Part shown: positions 1-12,888 of the stretch, piece by piece
Layout: every line of letters begins with the position of its first letter
Position numbering within the stretch: the stretch's first letter is position 1
From: Acanthaster planci
Taxonomy: Eukaryota
Assembly: GCF_001949145.1 (NCBI RefSeq)
Contig: NW_019091357.1
Span: 1,791,704-1,855,703, forward strand
Length of the DNA: 64,000 nt
Direction: 5' to 3'
Position numbers and translations under genes: made by a program
The notes under the pieces: generated by a model
What the model saw: the letters and a program-made list of their open reading frames with translations, nothing else
What the model was told of the DNA's origin: nothing
The model's database searches: none

Positions 1-81
1 GATGTCCCTTGTTTTTGCTCAGATGGGCTATCCGCTTCCAGGATGTTTATTTATGTTCCCAGAAATAAATCCGGCCAGTAA

Positions 82-792
<711 letters not shown>

Positions 793-3657
793 AGACATTG
801 GTAAGAAACCAGATAAAATTGTGTGTGATGCCCGAGATAGATGTTGTCCATTTGTCAGGAACTGCATTTTGACAATTATGCACAGTTTCATCTGAACTTT
901 TGTAAAGCACCCATCAATCCAAGAGTTATCCACCAAAAAGGGTGTGAACTTGCCCGCGGTAACACCCCATGTATTTATTTGATCCAACATGGAATCATTT
1001 GTACACTTTTTCATGGAAGGGCTTGTTACTTAATTTGTCCACATAAGGAATCTCACTTTTGGCGCCTTCAACACCTTTCTGAATAGTGGATTGCTTTATA
1101 TCCACAGAAGCTGTGGATCACTCCACATCAACCTCATACCTGTGTGTGGATTTGTTCATGTGCACAGCCAATGGGATTGCTGATGTAAATATGCCTACTG
1201 AATATCCACCGTTACGAGTGGACTGTTCCACATCCCCACTTAAGAGAGGCCAAGGACTGAGTGAGTTCCACGTCCTCAGTAATCTTTGAAGATGTGGAAC
1301 ATCACTCCGTTGTATAGCTATGCGAAGTAAAACTTAGCAGGGTGTCTGCTGTGTATTGTCCACGGAGATACAAGGTGTGGATCGGTCCATTCTGCTGTCC
1401 CAGCCGTTGTGCTGAACACATCCACAGTGCGTGGGATCCCCTATGTGGACCACCGACCCACATCCACACTTTGGCCCTGGGTTGTTGACAGCCCCAACAG
1501 CATCCGTGCATGAGACTCCGTTGATCTACTCAGTACTTGAGTCTCATGTCCGGTAGGCAGCGTTCAGGGTATGATAAGGGGTTGGCCTATTGCTGCTGCC
1601 GCACGTTACATTTACACAGGGCAACTGCTGTGAACCAAGTTGCACCCACCCTCTGTGTGGATCCCCGTACTTCCAAGTGGATTTAATGAGTAATGTTGAT
1701 GAAGATTTCTATGTACATAATTTGCCAGAAACAGTTAGTACTGTGGGTAGTAGCCGTCTGATTCAGCTGTGATTTACGTTGAAATAACTCTGATTACTTT
1801 GCTAAATTTGTATCAAGTTAATGACGTCATTACTTTCCTCCATGTGCCTCTGCCCCCTGCAGAAGCAAGTCAGTCTTGCCTGGAAAAAAAAAATTTGCTT
1901 ATTAAAATATACAAGCGTCTTTATGTTTAAGAAAGAGACCAGAATTTGTAAAAATGGACTGATTCGTGAAGCCCCGCCCCCTTTTTTTCTGACCAGTCAC
2001 AGTTGTGATTTATGTCCGACGTGCGTGTACAAAAGTCTGACATGCGTGCATGCATGCGCCTATGATGCGCGAGGCTGAAACACATAGTGTGGTAACGGGA
2101 AAGAATGCGTGCTGAGTACCCAAGTGCACAGTGGGCGAGGCTTACTGGATCGGTCTGTTTGCCTGCTTGCTGTAGGGATGACTTCCGAATGGATGTACAT
2201 GTATTAGTCTCAACTAAAATGCTACAGTAGTCTATCCCGCAAAGTTTGCATAATCCACAGCTTTTTTAAAAAGTTACCGAATCTACCAGTTGGCCCTATT
2301 GACCAAAAATATGCACCATATTTTTTACTCATTTCGCTTTTAGATAATAATAGTGGAAAGGTATGATATGCAATTTTACTAGCTGCAGAAGGTACATGTA
2401 CTGGTAACAGATGCTACATTTTGTAAAATGGCCAAATTTTTGTTTTATTTTGGCTGGAGCGTCTGGAGTATTTTTCTACTTACAATATTTTTATATCTGC
2501 TGCTCAAGCAAAAGAATGGGTTGCATTTGTACATTTCTAAATAACTGAGATTTTCTGAGTATTTGCTAGATTATGTATTTTGATATTTGGAGAGTTGTGT
2601 GAATTTTTGGCGAACTGAAGCCTCAGAGTAGAGATAAATAAATGTGAATTTCAAAACTCTATTTGGCATAGTACTACAGATCAAAAGGTACTTTGCGTAG
2701 TTGATCAATTTGATGTTAATCTGTTATTTGTACTACTGATAGTTGATACATATCTTTACAAATAAATTCCTTCATGTCCTGTTTGTAAGGGCCGCATTTA
2801 CACTATGTAACTACAGAGGCTATTTTTTATTACATAAGTAACCAAGATACACATCTCATTTTGAATTTTTGAGTAGAAGTGTAACGGTTCCTAGGCCGGC
2901 AAACTTCCCTGCGGATGTATATTCAGAGTGGCCGAAACGGAGTTCAACTGTTTGCCAGTTGATTTAAGTGCCTTAACATTTCAATATTGGAGGGGGGGGC
3001 AGAAAGTTTGAACTCTGTTGGATTGAGTTTGAAACTATCCATTCAGATGGGGAATTTGTGTGGGTGATACATGTATGACGAAATTGTTGATTTTGTACAG
3101 AAAGCAATTTGGCAAGCAGAGATGGTACAATTGAAAAGTACTGAAGCGAAACATTCCATTTTGGGATTCCTTCTGTCGTGGATGTGGGGCATGTTAATTG
3201 CCCCTGTTTGAAGTCCAGTTAAACCGGAAATGAGGATCGTCGACAAAGAATGGCGCTATGAATTCTTAAAACGACTAGTAATTCCAACTCTCCTTCCATT
3301 TTACTGTCTCTGGAAGAGAACTTACTTGGATATGTAATGATAAAATATATAGATCGAGTGCGCTGACTCGAGAATCCTTAAACGGCAACAATTTCCAAAG
3401 GCGTGACCCTGTTGGAATCTGAATGTTTCAAGAAATGAAAGATAGAAAAATGCAGGGCAGGGTGAATGTAGCACAGATTTGAAGTTGGTCGCTAGACTGT
3501 TATTTTCCTTTTCGGCGAAGTATTGCTTCATGTATACACAACCTTAATTTAAGTACACGTGCCTTTTTAAAGCATTCTATTCAGTTATCATCATGTACTC
3601 AGCATTGTGACTATTTTTGTATGTGCTTGTTTACGGATGCGACGGACTTATATATAC

Positions 3658-3663
3658 AATAAA
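3658..3663 (+). terminator. Candidate polyadenylation signal of the kinase gene (alternative AATAAA at 2761-2766)
   Basis: AATAAA ending an AT-rich, UTR-like stretch downstream of the stop at 792. Confidence 0.4.
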
Positions 3664-3821
3664 CAAGATCTTCTGGTAACGGGCTTCTTAATCACGTTTG
3701 GTCATTCTGGAGTCTTTTGGGGATGGGAGGGGATAGGGACGTTTTGTTTATGAGACAGCACCCCCGGAAATGAACGTGAAACTCAAAGGTCAGATTGGCT
3801 TATAGTGCATTTAATTCTTTC

Positions 3822-4044
3822 CTGGGGCGGATCCAGGGGATATGGGGGCGCACTCCCCCCTTTTCACAAAAAAATGAAGGAATAAAAGTAGAAAAAGAGG
3901 GAGAGACCCAGCCCCATAAAATGTGACAGAGTAGTGAAAAAAACAGTTCTGCTTCAAGTTACCCAGCCTCTGTAGTTTTACAGCCCCTACCCTAAAAACT
4001 TTTAGTTCACGCCCCCCTTTTGGAAAACCCTGGAGCAGCCCCTG
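3822..4044. mobile_element. Short MITE-like element
   Basis: Imperfect terminal inverted repeats CTGGGGCGGATCCAGGG ... CCCTGGAGCAGCCCCTG around an A-rich core; a similar end (GATCCGCCCCTG) occurs near 53565-53576. Confidence 0.55.
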
Positions 4045-4049
4045 ATCCA

Positions 4050-4200
4050 GCTCTGCGGTCCAGCTTCGATTCCCTGGCTCGGTCCACGTGTGGATTAGGT
4101 TTTCAGTCCCTACCTGATTCTGTGGGTTTTACCCAGAAGATTCCTCTGGGGTTTTCTACCCATCTGTAAAACTGTAACTGCTTCTCGTTGTTTCCTCTCC
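4050..4200 (+). mobile_element. 5'-truncated tRNA-derived SINE copy
   Basis: B-box-like TTCGATTCCC followed by GGATTAGGTTTTCAGTCCCTACCTGA...GTGGGTTTTACCCAGAA; homologous to the reverse complement of 54925-55087. Confidence 0.5.
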
Positions 4201-5408
4201 ACGGGCTTCTTCGGGCTGGGAGTGCCTAGGGCACTTTTGGTGTCATTACCAGAAATAAATAAAATAGTAAAAAAATATTGCGCCCTGTTCCCTCTGTAAC
4301 GTAACAACCAGTTGAGACTGGCTATAAGCCACGAAATTTTATGTGGTAATTAAGCAATTTGACCTTCATAATCCACTTTAGCAGGAGGGCATTGGCCCTA
4401 GCTGTAAAATGTAAAAAAAAAAAAATCATTGGAATTCTGTCGGACAGAATGTGAACGTAGGAGCCATTTTTATAATATACAGGCCATCCTCGTCCTTTTC
4501 TTATCTTGTCATTGTCTAGTTTAACCAGTATGACCTTTCATGTTTTTCTCGCGCATAAATTATGTTTAATTACAAACAATAGCCATAATGCAGTGTGTTG
4601 TGTTATCAATTGGCCTTAGTTCTTGCTCGTCAGTTTTTTTATGTCCAAATGAAAAGAAAATGCAGAGAGAAATGACACATCGGGAAGCAGGTGTAGGACA
4701 CGGGTTGAATTAGCTGTATACGCCTGCGTAATCCAAAACCTATTTCTATTTTGGATCCACCCAAGTCGTTCGGCGCGATCTGGCTCTCCAGTCTGAACCG
4801 GATGTAAACAGTGAAGTGTAAGCTAGGCCATTTTCAATACATGCCGTTTGTTCAACAGAAGGGCTTCACTTGAATGTACTTTAGAGATTTGTGTGGAAAA
4901 CTTTTTTGTGGGAAAAAACTTGTGTGAGATGGTAACGTTAGTTTTAGAAGTCCGGTCAACTCTTGGAAGATATCAGAGAATGTTGCGTGCTGAAAAAATG
5001 TCTTACATTCCAACGACAGCCAGCTAACGGCATCATCATGCTCCATGACTAGCTGTGCAAAAGTTAATGGAGGAACTTTATCAGCACCAGTGACGTGGAA
5101 CAAAACTGACTCCCATATGGTGACTTTTCACGTGACTCGCACGAGAACACTTTCCACCAAATCCTAATCTTGGTGTCTTATGTCATTGGCCGATTAACTG
5201 TCTCTGTCAATCGGACCAACGGGCAAATCTGTTTGCAGACGGGTTTTTTCCCTCTTTAAAAAGAGGACTTAGCTATAATCGGAGACAGAAGACTCGCCAA
5301 GCAGCACAGATACGACTGTGTGACCACACCGGCACCCGAAACATTTAAACTTGAAAAGTGGGTCTTCAACGGAACTCTCTGGAAGCACGATCGACGACGC
5401 CTATCACT

Positions 5409-8400
5409 ATGAAGTTCTTCATTTTGATTTCGGTGTTATTCTTTGCTTCTACGACAGGTATGCATTATATACATTACACAAAATACACTATGCTGAGTGC
5501 GTTTACTTTGTGCGTTTGTTTTTACAATGTCGTCATTTCTTCAAAAACTTCGTCATAAATTGAACAAAAGCATCACTGTGTGAAAGCCAGTGAGTTTATT
5601 GCACATAACCATTGTATTAGGTTGTGGAATATGCATAATAGTATCCCTTTGTGCCATTTGCCGCATCAAAAACGTCGTCGTCACGGTCCATGATTGAACA
5701 CAATGCATTGTTTCAGCTCAGCCAATTACAATGTAAGCTAAACCGACAGAAAGACAAGCGCTGAGATGTCTCGCTTTCCTGCAGGTGCGAGCGGTGCCTC
5801 TTGCTATGGTCGATGCGACGATCCTTTCAACAGTGTTTTCAGCTGTCAATGCAATTTGGCCTGTGCCATATACGGCGACTGTTGCAACGACTACACCCTC
5901 CATTGTATGCTTGGTGAGATGCAATTTGTTCAGCCAACATGATCTTGTACAGGACTTCACTGATATAGGCGTCGCAAGAGGGAGGTAGTTTATAGGGGGG
6001 TTCATCCCCCCAAGAATATTGAAAAAAAAAAGAAGGAAAGGAAATCAAGAAATGGGGGCGAGAGGTTGAATCGGGGAATACAAAATAGCCACCAATTTAC
6101 TCGAAAAACCTCAAAATGAACCTCCTTCCACTGTTAATGGTTCATGAGTTTGTTGTAGGTGTATTGCCCATGCCCCTCAACCCCCCCTCCCGGGAATTGC
6201 GTACCTACAAATCCTGGTGACGCCCATGATCACCACGTTTGTATGATTATGATTTCACCAGTGCTGGACTACAATCAGAACGTTTCGCGTCATTTCCTAC
6301 TCATGTCTCATGTCGTAAAGTCATTAGCGTACATGACATCGTCATGTCAGACACAAAATGATAGGCTGACCCACTTTTTACAGACTACATGGTACTGTCA
6401 AGGAAAATATACTGATTAACATGCAGATGGTAACCCGTTTATGGTTTTTATTTGAATGGAACAAAAACAATGCAGGTTCTTGTCAGGGCCGCTGTGATAA
6501 CAGTTTTGATTCAAGTCAGCCCTGCCAGTGTAACGCAGCCTGCAACACATACGACGACTGCTGCAGCGACTATGACCTCCAGTGCGCAGGTCAGTTCTAT
6601 CTACAGCACGAAATATTGAAATAGGGGATGGATTTTGGGGGGCTTCCCACTGATAATGTCTGCAGAATGACGTACTTGGCATTGATGTCAGCATCATTTT
6701 GTTCCAGGCAATCCAGGCGTCCCAGGTGCGCCTACCAACATGGACGAGTTCGCCAATGCCGTGTGGAACGCAGACGTAAACCGCCTAGCCGACTCCGATT
6801 TTTCGCTCAACTTTGGTAACTACATTAGTAACTCCAATGACCAGCGGGACCTTTCGCTCAGGCCGTACGTATTTCTGTGCCAGCTAGGGCGTTTTCTTTG
6901 GTGTTCGGTAACTCATATTTCAAACAAGTCAGGGAAGCCCAACCATACAGTGTAATTCGATATACCCAGCAAGACATGGGACGGAGGGGTACCCCCCTTA
7001 CAATGTCCAATCCTGTGCACACTGTTGTTCAACACATCCCCTAGATGTCTGTAAGGAATTCCTGAGAATTCGATCAAACAATGACCAACTCAAAGGTGGT
7101 GGTGGGGGGTGCTCTAGTCTCTATTCCATATCTTGCTTCATATGTAATTCGACAACCAGAATTAGAAGCCATTACTGCGGTGGTGCAATGCTCGTGGACA
7201 GGTGATACGCGCGCGTTACATGCCTCTTCGACCAATAGGATGTCGTGATTTGCCAATTGCACGCGCACCTCAAGCTGAAGAATGTGCGTGTGAAGATAAG
7301 CTATTTGCTATTTTGTACTCATACTCAGGCACAATCGCAGTGGTGAGCCTGGGTTCTGTCTTTGTCCAGTATCCAAAACTAAGAATTAGTCACAAAGTCT
7401 CAAGTTTTCAATTCGCGAGGCAGACCAGAACCAAGAATAACGTATGAAAGAAACCTATTGTTTATGTGACATGTCAATAGTGGATGGCCCCTACTTATGC
7501 ATTATTTTAATCATTAATTTTTTGGGGGGAACGTCTCTTTTGTGTAGGCTGTTTTCGTCTGTGAACACAGCCTTTCTCCAGGGCGAGACATACAAGACGA
7601 TGGTTGCCCTGTTCGATAACTACATCACGTCTGTGGGTCAGACCGAGATCACTACGGCAACGGAGCGAGCTGAGCAAGACGCCTTTATGGACGCCATGTT
7701 TGAGACGGAAGTCATGAATATAGCGTACGAGTACGTGAGATACTTAGGTAAGCATTGCGTTTCTGGCTCAAAAACTAGGCAAACCAAACTGTAAAAATTA
7801 CCTTGACTGCCCCTACTATATACATGAAGACACTTTCGTTTGTAACATGACGATTGGACCAATTGAGCATCAATTTGTACAAAGCCAATCTGAAAGAATT
7901 CGCAAACCATAATTTGTTTTTCAGAGTGTATTGCGCCCATTTACCTTCCTGCTTGAGAAGTGCTTCAATGCGATTGTAACTAACTTAAAACAATTGGTGG
8001 TAGTCAAATGAAATCCATTGGTTACAGGTTATTACTCGAGCCTTGCCGAGTACAAGGATTTTGTGCGCGGACTGCTCTTCACGCCCTACACCCGCAAAGC
8101 CACCAGTGATACCTCGGGCTTCGAGCATGTCTTCGCCGGCGAGTGGTCGAGCACTACGTCGGTGTCCGGTTTCCACAACTGGGTGCGCATGTACCAACTG
8201 GAGCAGGAAGGGGTCATGAACTACTACGGATATATGAATATTCAAGAGGTAGGTGCACTGTGAAAACTCAATTTCAGTTTGGAATGTAAAGCAAACACTT
8301 TTTGACAACACATTTTTGTCCATCGCAAGTCCCTGCGAGTCCTCGTGTGTAAGTCCATCACAAATCCATCACAAATCACTCAGTTAATTCACAAGCTTAA

Positions 8401-9893
8401 ATGAACTGTTCATTGTTCACCCTATGACTGACCTTGTGACGGGACTTGTGATGGACATGAAAATACGACGGAAACTTCAAATTCTCTTTCTGAAAACAGT
8501 ATAAAGAATTAAATGTGACTGCATATAGGCACCACATCATGAAATAAGAAATCATGACAAACTACTGTGGTAAGATAGGGTCCAAGTCATACACAGAATC
8601 AACTAAATATTACTTTGATTCGATTACGCTGCCCCGTAATAACTACAGGAATGAAGTGCACCCGCCTTAATAGACGAGCTTTATTCTTATTTGCTCTTGA
8701 CCCGTCATTTCGGACGAAAAAAAAGCCTTTCACGTCACAAAAACTAAGCTCTCCTCTTAATTAAAACATATTAACTTATTATCGTGTTATTAACTTTCGG
8801 CCTGGACTTAGAAACACGTGCTCGGTTCCCATGAGTTGAACAGGTTCTGAATGGCAGAGGGATTATTAAATGACAAACTACACCCCCCCAAGTAAAGAAG
8901 TTCATTGGATGCAATTTTGCCATCACTGGCATTGATGTAGGTAACACAGGTTACTATAAACAGTCTAATAAGGGAATTAATATGTGCTTGGTCGGTCTTA
9001 AACGTTACCACCCAAGGACACATTTTATTTATTTCCATTTGGCCCTAATAAACACTTTTTTGTTAGAGAGTCAAAAGAAGTCAATATGTGATGGATTTCC
9101 AACAATTTTGTTCAAGCATTTTACTTTCATTTTCCTGAACAGCCCCGTCCATTTTATGGTATTTTCCTTGTGCAAGTTGTACAAAATAAGCTCCTTATAT
9201 GGACTTGGCGCGCGGGTGGCGAACCGCGTGCACACAGACTCAGTCTTGACCAATCAGAATCGATTAAACTGTTTCATATCCAAGTGCCGGCGCGTGGTTC
9301 ACTGAGCAGGCATTATCACTTCTCAGCGGGCATCATCAATGTTAATACACGGCCAAGTTGCACGTTGTTAAATAGGGAGACTGTCTTAGGTATTTATGAG
9401 TATCTGTTCAATGGGTGTAGGCCTAACTCATGCCTATCATGCCGAAGCTGGTCATGTTGGACTATAGCATGCATCTGCCATGATATTTCGATAGGAAGAG
9501 TGTTCATGTTTTGAAATGCCAACGGAAAATTAAGCAACAAGTAATTAAGCATTCAACTTTCAAGAGGTCGCTGCGCCCGTCGGTGTTAAAAAGTAAAACA
9601 TTTTTCCCTTCAGTTAACATACGCCCAAAGCACCCGTAAAGTTGCCATTGTTTCCTTTCCAACCTCAGCCTCGACAAATCCTGTACCAGTTCGAATGGGA
9701 GGGGCGAGTCAAGCCCATTACCTCCATCATGTACGGGGTCAGCCCTGAGTTCGAGGTGGCTATTTTCTCTGCTTGCTTCCTGACCAATCGCAACGCCGTG
9801 TGCCCAATGACCATCAACGGCGGCAGTGCGTCGGTGCAAACGTGGGACAAGGACGGGCAAGACGTCTTGGGATCGGCCTACTTCGTCGCGTAG
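5409..9893 (+). CDS. ENDOU: Poly(U)-specific endoribonuclease (EndoU/XendoU/PP11 family): signal peptide, 2 somatomedin-B domains, EndoU domain; about 364 aa
   Basis: Seven exons 5409-5457, 5785-5913, 6476-6589, 6708-6864, 7548-7747, 8028-8248, 9669-9893; all GT-AG, frame-consistent, 1095 nt. Signal peptide MKFFILISVLFFASTT; SMB repeats SCYGRCDDPFNSVFSCQCNLACAIYGDCCNDY and SCQGRCDNSFDSSQPCQCNAACNTYDDCCSDY; catalytic motifs SGFEHVFAGE, SGFHNW, KP..S..YGVSPEFE. Confidence 0.93.
5965..6228. mobile_element. MITE-like insertion in ENDOU intron 2
   Basis: Imperfect inverted ends ATAGGCGTCGC ... GTGACGCCCATG with G/C-run subterminal and A-rich core. Confidence 0.45.
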
Positions 9894-10499
9894 GTTCCAC
9901 AGGTTCTGCGTGCATGGAGCTGGGCAGATCAGAAAAGTTGTAATTTGGGGCAACCGCAGGAAGCTGTAATTAATAATACATGTGCTTATGCTTGTCCATC
10001 ATGCATGTTTGGTCCAATGCACGCTCCAATCCGAAGTTACGTAATTTTTACAACGTTGTTTTAATTGCAGTTTTCAAGTTAATTTCAGAATGAAATTATA
10101 AGTAAGAGAGATTAACCATCATCAGCACGGAACACCAGTCCCGTAGTTAGAAAACCTGTAACCCGTCTTAATCAGGATCAACCAGACCTCCGAAACGCAA
10201 CGTCAACATAAGATGATTCTATGTCACAATTTTCATAGAATAAGCCCACTTATATAAATTAACTAAAAATAAAGGAAATATCCCTGGATTGCGCTTCTCA
10301 GATACGTCTATACTAAATAAAACATTACATCTTGGATACGAGGTAGATAGCCACGATGGTACAGGGCACCAATTATGTGTTCTGTGTAGGGGACATTTAT
10401 ACACATTTATACAGATTAGTAGGTTGGTTTGCGGATTTCGTGACGTCATGACGATGTCTTTCAAAATGACGAAAAATTTCGTTTCTTACACCAAACAAG

Positions 10500-11290
10500 C
10501 TCCTATCTATCAAATTGGGCAAGATTCGCCTCCGTGATCCTCCTTCCCGATGCTTTGAACCAGACGTTCTTGTCGAAGAGGTTTGGGATGAGGGAGTCGG
10601 CTAGCGTCGTAGCTCGCCTGGCTCTTTCAAGCGCCTCGGGACCAAAAACAACGCCCTCTGCTTGATCCAACGTTAAATCGTCCAGATCATAGATCCTAAA
10701 ATTATCTGGTATTATATTGTCAGGATAACATTGAGGTTTTTGTTAGCGTAACCTACGGCCAACATTTCGTTCGATACCACGCATTAACAGACTTGCAACT
10801 TATGCATGATCGGACCCCGTCTTTCAAGTAACTTCAGATTTTCACAGCGTTTGTCATCGTTCAAGACACCGTCATCGTGACGTAGTATATCACGTGTCCC
10901 AACTCGTTTGCTATGTTTGCTCTGGGAAACTACTGCGAACCAACGTCGAGATACGCTACTACCCTTCTTGTGAGGGCAGTTCTCCCACGTGGGTTGAGAC
11001 GCTGTAGTCAAATGTCCTCAAATTAATCAAATGCAAAACATGTCCACATCACAGGGTTATAAAAAAAGGAAACGGGTATCTGAAGTCACTGGCATCATAG
11101 CTATCAAGAGTTGGTAGTTGCTTTTCAACGCTTACTGAGATTTGGAATGTTGGAATCTGGACAGTCCGACAGCCGATAAAATTGGATTCTTTGTATTGTG
11201 CTTCCATTTCTTGAAGCCGGGAGAAAAGGGGACTTTAACATAATCAAGGGACGATATCAAAACCAATGAATAATCTGAGTATTTTACCAG
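10500..11290 (-). pseudogene. Decayed B4GALT fragment (exons 3-4 and intervening intron)
   Basis: Colinear with 22530-23420 (e.g. CTTCCCGATGCTTTGAACCAGACGTTCTTGTCGA; exon-3 copy near 11134-11215). Exon 4 breaks off before GGHW; no other exons seen nearby. Confidence 0.8.
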
Positions 11291-12508
11291 TTCAATGACT
11301 GCAGTTGAAGAGTGTAGTGTAAATTGTAGGGGCACGACAAGTTACGAGCACGATGTGCGCTGCACACCCAATCAAACAAGGATCCAGGAAATGAATTCTT
11401 CTTAGAATCACTTTTTGTGTATCTCTGTACTCTTCTTCCATGTATGAAGACTGTTTGACATCTTTTTTGAGTTACGTGAACTGAACGGTGCCTTTTTTCA
11501 AACATTAAAAATTTACCAAGCATTTCTGGACAAGTGAGGGCGCTTTTGCTTTGGTGTAAATCCAGGAAGACATGCATGGACCAGGTTGCATGTTTTCATG
11601 TTCAAATTGTGAACCCCAAATTTGCTATCTGGGAACATTTCTGTGAAAAAGATTTTTGGTGGATTATTGCCATATACTTACACAGCAATGAATTGCCAAA
11701 GAAAATAAAATCTGACATAGCAGTGGTTAAAAAATCTAGAAATTTCCTGTGCACAAATCAGTGCAACATTGAGATTCAGTGCCTTGGATGACATCATTGT
11801 TCTGTTCATGAATATGCAAATATGCATCAGCATTTAAACCAAACTAGCATTAAAATATGGGTTAAAACGGTAAAACAAAAATTTAAAATAAGGTTAATTG
11901 AAACCCAAAGATGCAATTTAACAGTTGATACAGGAGACATGTTAACAGTTTTGAATTGTGAGGGGGAAACCAAGAGAGTCAATGCATCAAGAGAGTTCAA
12001 CAGTTTTGATACATTTATTGCAATAATGCTTGATAGAGCATAACGGTTCCCTTCATTTTACGGATAGACACGGATCGTTACAATGTCATTATATTCAGCC
12101 AATGGAGAACAACACGAATCAGCATCTACATAAATTTATTAACAGAACCATCTTGTTGAACAATCAAAAATACCCCAGCAGACAAAGCCAGGCCGAATGC
12201 CATTTGCTGATTTGCATATTATCCGTCTTACGCAGAAGCACCCCCAATCGTTTAAAGGAGCCGTACTGGTTGGGAGTGTTAGGTTTGTTGGTAGCGACGC
12301 CCACGTAACACGTGCATTTCATAGTCGTTGTGAACCAGCGAAGTGAACTGCCTGCCAGAGGAGCCTCTGTTACTTGGCAAGTTTCGCCCTCTCGGTCCAG
12401 CTGCGGGGCTCATTAGACAAGATTTGGTTAACACCAAACACTAGGTAGGGACTGGAAGTCAAGAGAGTGACTAAAATGAATTTAAATTGAAAATACGTCA
12501 TCATGCAA

Positions 12509-12888
12509 GTCTCCTCTATTTTTTCCTTCTCAATAAATCTCCTCCTCTGGGTGTGAAGGTTAGTTCCTCCATTTTCCCTTCCAAAAATATTTTCCTGTAA
12601 CCATGTCGGTTTGCCCCCTCTTAATTCTCTTCTTAAAATCCTCCTCGGTGTGTTAGATAGTCTTCGCTATAATCGCTTCTTCAAAATATCCTCCTAGGTA
12701 GTAAGGGTAGTCTACTCAATCATTTGCCCTCCAATAGCCATGATGACTTGGCTCCTTTAATTTTCCCTTCAAAAATTTTCCTCCTGAGCGTAATGTTAAG
12801 TCTCACATATTTTTTCGTTCTAAAATTATCCTCTCAGGCCTGAAGGTTGGTCTCTTCCACTTTCCCCTCTAAAAATATCCTCCTAAAC
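12509..12888. repeat. Degenerate ~50-bp tandem repeat, about 8 units
   Basis: Recurrent unit approximately TCTC..TTTTCCCTTC.AAAATATCCTCCT.....GT.AGG.TAG. Confidence 0.6.

Noticed and set aside
12509..12888. CRISPR-like array
   Set aside because: Eukaryotic context, degenerate abutting units, no identical repeats with unique spacers, no cas genes.
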